NCBI GenBank assembly: GCA_963789265.1
Contig: CAWBKB010000003.1
Span: 608,001-672,000, forward strand
DNA length: 64,000 nt
Direction: 5' to 3'
DNA from: an uncultured delta proteobacterium
Lineage (GTDB): Bacteria > Desulfobacterota > Desulfomonilia > Desulfomonilales > Desulfomonilaceae
Made by a program: the position numbers and the translations under genes. Positions 60,901 to 64,000 of this stretch are shown piece by piece. The notes under the pieces are model-generated. The model saw nothing but the letters and a program-made list of their open reading frames with translations, had not been told where the DNA came from and ran no database searches. How positions within the stretch are numbered: the stretch's first letter is position 1; each line of letters opens with the position of its first letter.

Positions 60901-63309
60901 CTAAATTTGTTGATAGGCTGCACAGATATCGCGGTGAAAGGATATCATCGTAAGGTTAATAAGCCGTGTCAAAGTATCCAGCGATGCCGTCTCGTTGAGC
61001 ACGTCGTCTCTGACTTGATCGAGAAATTCACAGCCTCCTCGATTCTCGATTGAATAGTGTATGGCCTCCCGGCAATCGGAAACGGAAGCCGCCTGTCCTG
61101 ACTCAAACAGTTGGAGATCTTCATGCAGAAAGTTTAGGCCTTCTAACAGATGGCGTTTCTTCATTGTAGTACGGTAGTACTCCTCTGCAGCCAAGTTGAA
61201 CGCATCGGCACTCATGGACAGAGGCCTCCTCGTGCCCGAAACCCGCAGTATTTCGCCCGTCAACTTCCCTGAGACCGAGAATTCGTCAGGCTTCTCCAAC
61301 CTTCTTATCAGATCTTCCATCGTTTCTTTCAAATTCAGCATCTCGATCAGGTCGGAGCCGTCTTTCAAAATGAGGCTCGCCAAAGCCAATCGGTACTGGC
61401 GGTTGTATATCCTCAAATATCCCGGGTAACGCCTGCTGTAGCGAACTGCCTTGGTGCGCTCTATTATTGTCCTCATGAAGAGGTTTCCGGTGCCGTTGAA
61501 TACAAAGAACGTCGGAAGCCCTATCGCGGACCCAAAGAAAATCTGCCTTCGTTCGCTTTCTATGAAGGGATCGTCAGGAATGTGAGTGTGTGTGACCGTT
61601 CCCTGAAGCACGTATTTGAACGCCAGGGCGGTAACGAGGCACTGGAGGTCGGCCGCGCGTGCCATATCACTTTCCAGGCTTTCAAACAGGCTGTAGTGGC
61701 GTCCTTCAAAGCCCGAAAACCCGACGGTTGCGAATTCGCGCAACCGATAAGGCAGATAGAGGGACATTTTTTCATCAAATACACCGAGGTCTGAAAGGTC
61801 CTTTTTCAGTCGGTCCGAGTTTCCGAGCGTACCGTCGAGCGCGGGACTCTCATTTGAGCTCATGACTGCCACCAGATAGTCTATGAGCCTAAAATCAGGG
61901 ACAACATCCCCTTTCGCCCGGAACGCGACGCTCAGCGCATCGTCTAAGGGCTCAATGCCAAAAGGAGTCATCGACCGACCGAATATTTTCAGGCTTGCCT
62001 TCTTTTTCCAGCGACGCCAGATCATCCTCAAGTGCGTATAGTCCAACTCGTGTGGCAGGAAGCTCAGGACCCTCTCAGGATGAAAATCCGAAAAGCCTAA
62101 CCTGTACGGGGCCGCGCTGTACGTTCCGACAAAGAGAGGCAGAAAGTGCTCCACTATTTTAATTACCAGGTCACCCAGGAATTTTTCGTCTGCGGCCCTA
62201 AACCCGGAAGATTCGTCTGCGAGAGCATCAGTGAGCTTCGCGCTGCCGAGGCTGATGTGGGTTCCGTTATTTGCAAGGCTGATGTTGGAGACATTTGGCA
62301 ATACAACTAGATTTCGGGTGATTATGCCTGCCTCTTTCAGCTTGGCGACCGCGTTTAATTGGCTACGGCTCAACACTTGATGGCACAAACACATGTAAGC
62401 GTGTTTGTCTTCTCCGTTGTCCCACCCGGAGAGGCATGGGCTCATAAAAAGTTCTCTGTAAAAGGAGTCGGAGATGCATTCATTTAGGCGTTTCTGACGA
62501 ATGGGTGGATGTGGGGAAAAGTATAGCAGGCTTTTCTGGTCTCTTTCTTTTAGCGAGAATTTTTCATTGGCATACATAATCAACAGTTGTGTCAATGCAT
62601 ATCGCTTCGATGTTTCTTTGGCTATTGCTCGACCGAACCCCGTCGCGAGCTGCAGCGGTACAACATGAAAAGAAAATGTTTCGGGCGATGTATTATCATT
62701 TAAGAGATGGTTCATCAGGCGCGTACCAGTACGACGGATGATCTCAGGGATCCCCTCTTGCGAGCCAATGATGTCCGCCAGAGACAATTTCAACATGTAA
62801 CTTATTGGTACTCTGAGAAATTGTTGATCCTGTTCGCGGTACAAAAATTTGTTGGCATCCCCTCTTGGCCGGCCATTCGGATTATTCTTGTCCACGAGCA
62901 GGTCGGAATCGAGGACGATTTTTGCAAAAGCGCTCAACCGGGCAATCGGGAACCTCACCCAGCTATTTTCCCACAGGCCCCCGGGATTTTCGTCCAAAAA
63001 TTCCTGAAGTTCGGTGACGGCTCTACGGGATGTGTCCCCCACAGAGGATCTCTTTATAATGTTTGCAAAATAGTTCGAGCGCTCAATAACTAAGGGCAGA
63101 TCAACGCAATCTTTGGAGCCGGATACGGCCGCCTGAAGCTCGTTTTCCGAACCTGCCGTAGCATCATCAAGCGAAAAGGGGATGGACTCTATGAACCCAG
63201 CTTGACGCGGGCCGGGGATGCCCAAAATCTGTCGGATTCTGTCGATGGATGGAAGATTTCTCTCTTCTCCTGCCGTTATCCTTTGAGACCGAAGCCCAAC
63301 CACCATCAC
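60901..63309 (-). CDS. Uncharacterised 802-aa protein, putative glutamate-cysteine-ligase/YbdK-fold carboxylate-amine ligase
   Basis: Long intact ORF with ordered motifs AGSENE, NNGTHISL, HFLPLFVGTYSAAPY, FEGR. The ORF is certain, the function is inferred. Confidence 0.65.
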   Translation of the reverse strand: MMVVGLRSQRITAGEERNLPSIDRIRQILGIPGPRQAGFIESIPFSLDDATAGSENELQAAVSGSKDCVDLPLVIERSNYFANIIKRSSVGDTSRRAVTELQEFLDENPGGLWENSWVRFPIARLSAFAKIVLDSDLLVDKNNPNGRPRGDANKFLYREQDQQFLRVPISYMLKLSLADIIGSQEGIPEIIRRTGTRLMNHLLNDNTSPETFSFHVVPLQLATGFGRAIAKETSKRYALTQLLIMYANEKFSLKERDQKSLLYFSPHPPIRQKRLNECISDSFYRELFMSPCLSGWDNGEDKHAYMCLCHQVLSRSQLNAVAKLKEAGIITRNLVVLPNVSNISLANNGTHISLGSAKLTDALADESSGFRAADEKFLGDLVIKIVEHFLPLFVGTYSAAPYRLGFSDFHPERVLSFLPHELDYTHLRMIWRRWKKKASLKIFGRSMTPFGIEPLDDALSVAFRAKGDVVPDFRLIDYLVAVMSSNESPALDGTLGNSDRLKKDLSDLGVFDEKMSLYLPYRLREFATVGFSGFEGRHYSLFESLESDMARAADLQCLVTALAFKYVLQGTVTHTHIPDDPFIESERRQIFFGSAIGLPTFFVFNGTGNLFMRTIIERTKAVRYSRRYPGYLRIYNRQYRLALASLILKDGSDLIEMLNLKETMEDLIRRLEKPDEFSVSGKLTGEILRVSGTRRPLSMSADAFNLAAEEYYRTTMKKRHLLEGLNFLHEDLQLFESGQAASVSDCREAIHYSIENRGGCEFLDQVRDDVLNETASLDTLTRLINLTMISFHRDICAAYQQI

Positions 63310-63547
63310 TCGGCCGCTCCCATATTGATCCTGAATTCATCTAACCACGTTAAGCACCAGTTATATTAGTAGCGAATTAAGATCGCGAAAGTTTTTTGTA
63401 AAAACTCTATAGCATAATCGGTCAATCGTACATCGTTTTGTTCTTTATTTTAAGTATCTAACAAAGTTCTCTTTGAATATTAATTTTGTCCTAATCTTTT
63501 GTAGCCAAAATGTTTACAAGAGAAAATTAAGTAAATGAAAGTGGAGC

Positions 63548-64000
63548 ATGATACTCATGAGAGTTTCTAGGCAATCCGGCATCACAGGATGTCATGGCGA
63601 CCGTTATCAGGCTAATAGACTGATTGACGCCGCGCGCTCGGGCGATCTGGAGCATTTGTGCTCTCTATTGAGTTCCGGAGTCTCTGTTGATTCCAGAGAT
63701 GAGGAGGACAGAACCGCACTATTATGGGCCTGTGCGGAAGGAAGGACCGATGCGGTGAAGATTCTGGTCGGAGCCGGCGCAAATCTCAACCATGCATCGA
63801 GGCATGGGTCGACTCCTCTGATTGAAGCTTCACTTTGGGGGCATGAAAATATAGTGAAATTACTTTTGCAAAGCGGTGCGGACGTTGAGTCGCGGGAAGA
63901 GCTTCTGGGGGGCACACCGTTGATGTTCGCCTGTTTGGCCGGACACCTGGAGATTGCAAAGGAACTGCTGGATCACGGCGCAGCGATAGAGGCCCGAGAC
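63548..64000 (+). CDS. Ankyrin repeat protein (runs off window end)
   Basis: Manual translation: ...LIDAARSGDL...RTALLWACAEGRTDAVKILVGAGAN...GSTPLIEASLWGHENIVKLLLQSGAD...GTPLMFACLAGHLEIAKELLDHGA. Confidence 0.9.
   Translation, partial: MILMRVSRQSGITGCHGDRYQANRLIDAARSGDLEHLCSLLSSGVSVDSRDEEDRTALLWACAEGRTDAVKILVGAGANLNHASRHGSTPLIEASLWGHENIVKLLLQSGADVESREELLGGTPLMFACLAGHLEIAKELLDHGAAIEARD

Overview
A mostly chromosomal, housekeeping-type window from a Gram-negative bacterium. Gene content and paralogue families suggest a deltaproteobacterium/Desulfobacterota, possibly Desulfomonile-like; this is inference only. Housekeeping genes include nadD-rsfS, rseP-tsaB, carB, a liv-type ABC transporter, two pilT paralogues, apbE, asnB and S9/M3 peptidases. 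Less ordinary content: (i) a three-gene minus-strand cluster encoding an 802-aa protein with glutamate-cysteine-ligase/YbdK-like motifs, a phosphatidylserine-decarboxylase-like pyruvoyl enzyme and a divergent Lgt-like diacylglyceryl transferase, which is the best candidate for an undescribed lipid or peptide modification pathway; (ii) a CHAT protease-STAND NTPase-TPR (NLR-like) protein with near-identical 120-bp repeats; (iii) an arginine succinyltransferase operon in which an M20 hydrolase sits where astE is missing; (iv) a stand-alone, apparently catalytically degenerate RepB/AEP primase-fold gene with a strong sigma70 promoter; (v) secreted low-complexity proteins, two clear sigma54 promoters, a decayed MNT-HEPN toxin-antitoxin pair and many REP/MITE-like palindromes, one nested inside another. 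About eleven small frameshifts in eight otherwise intact genes look like long-read assembly errors. No rRNA, tRNA or CRISPR array was seen.
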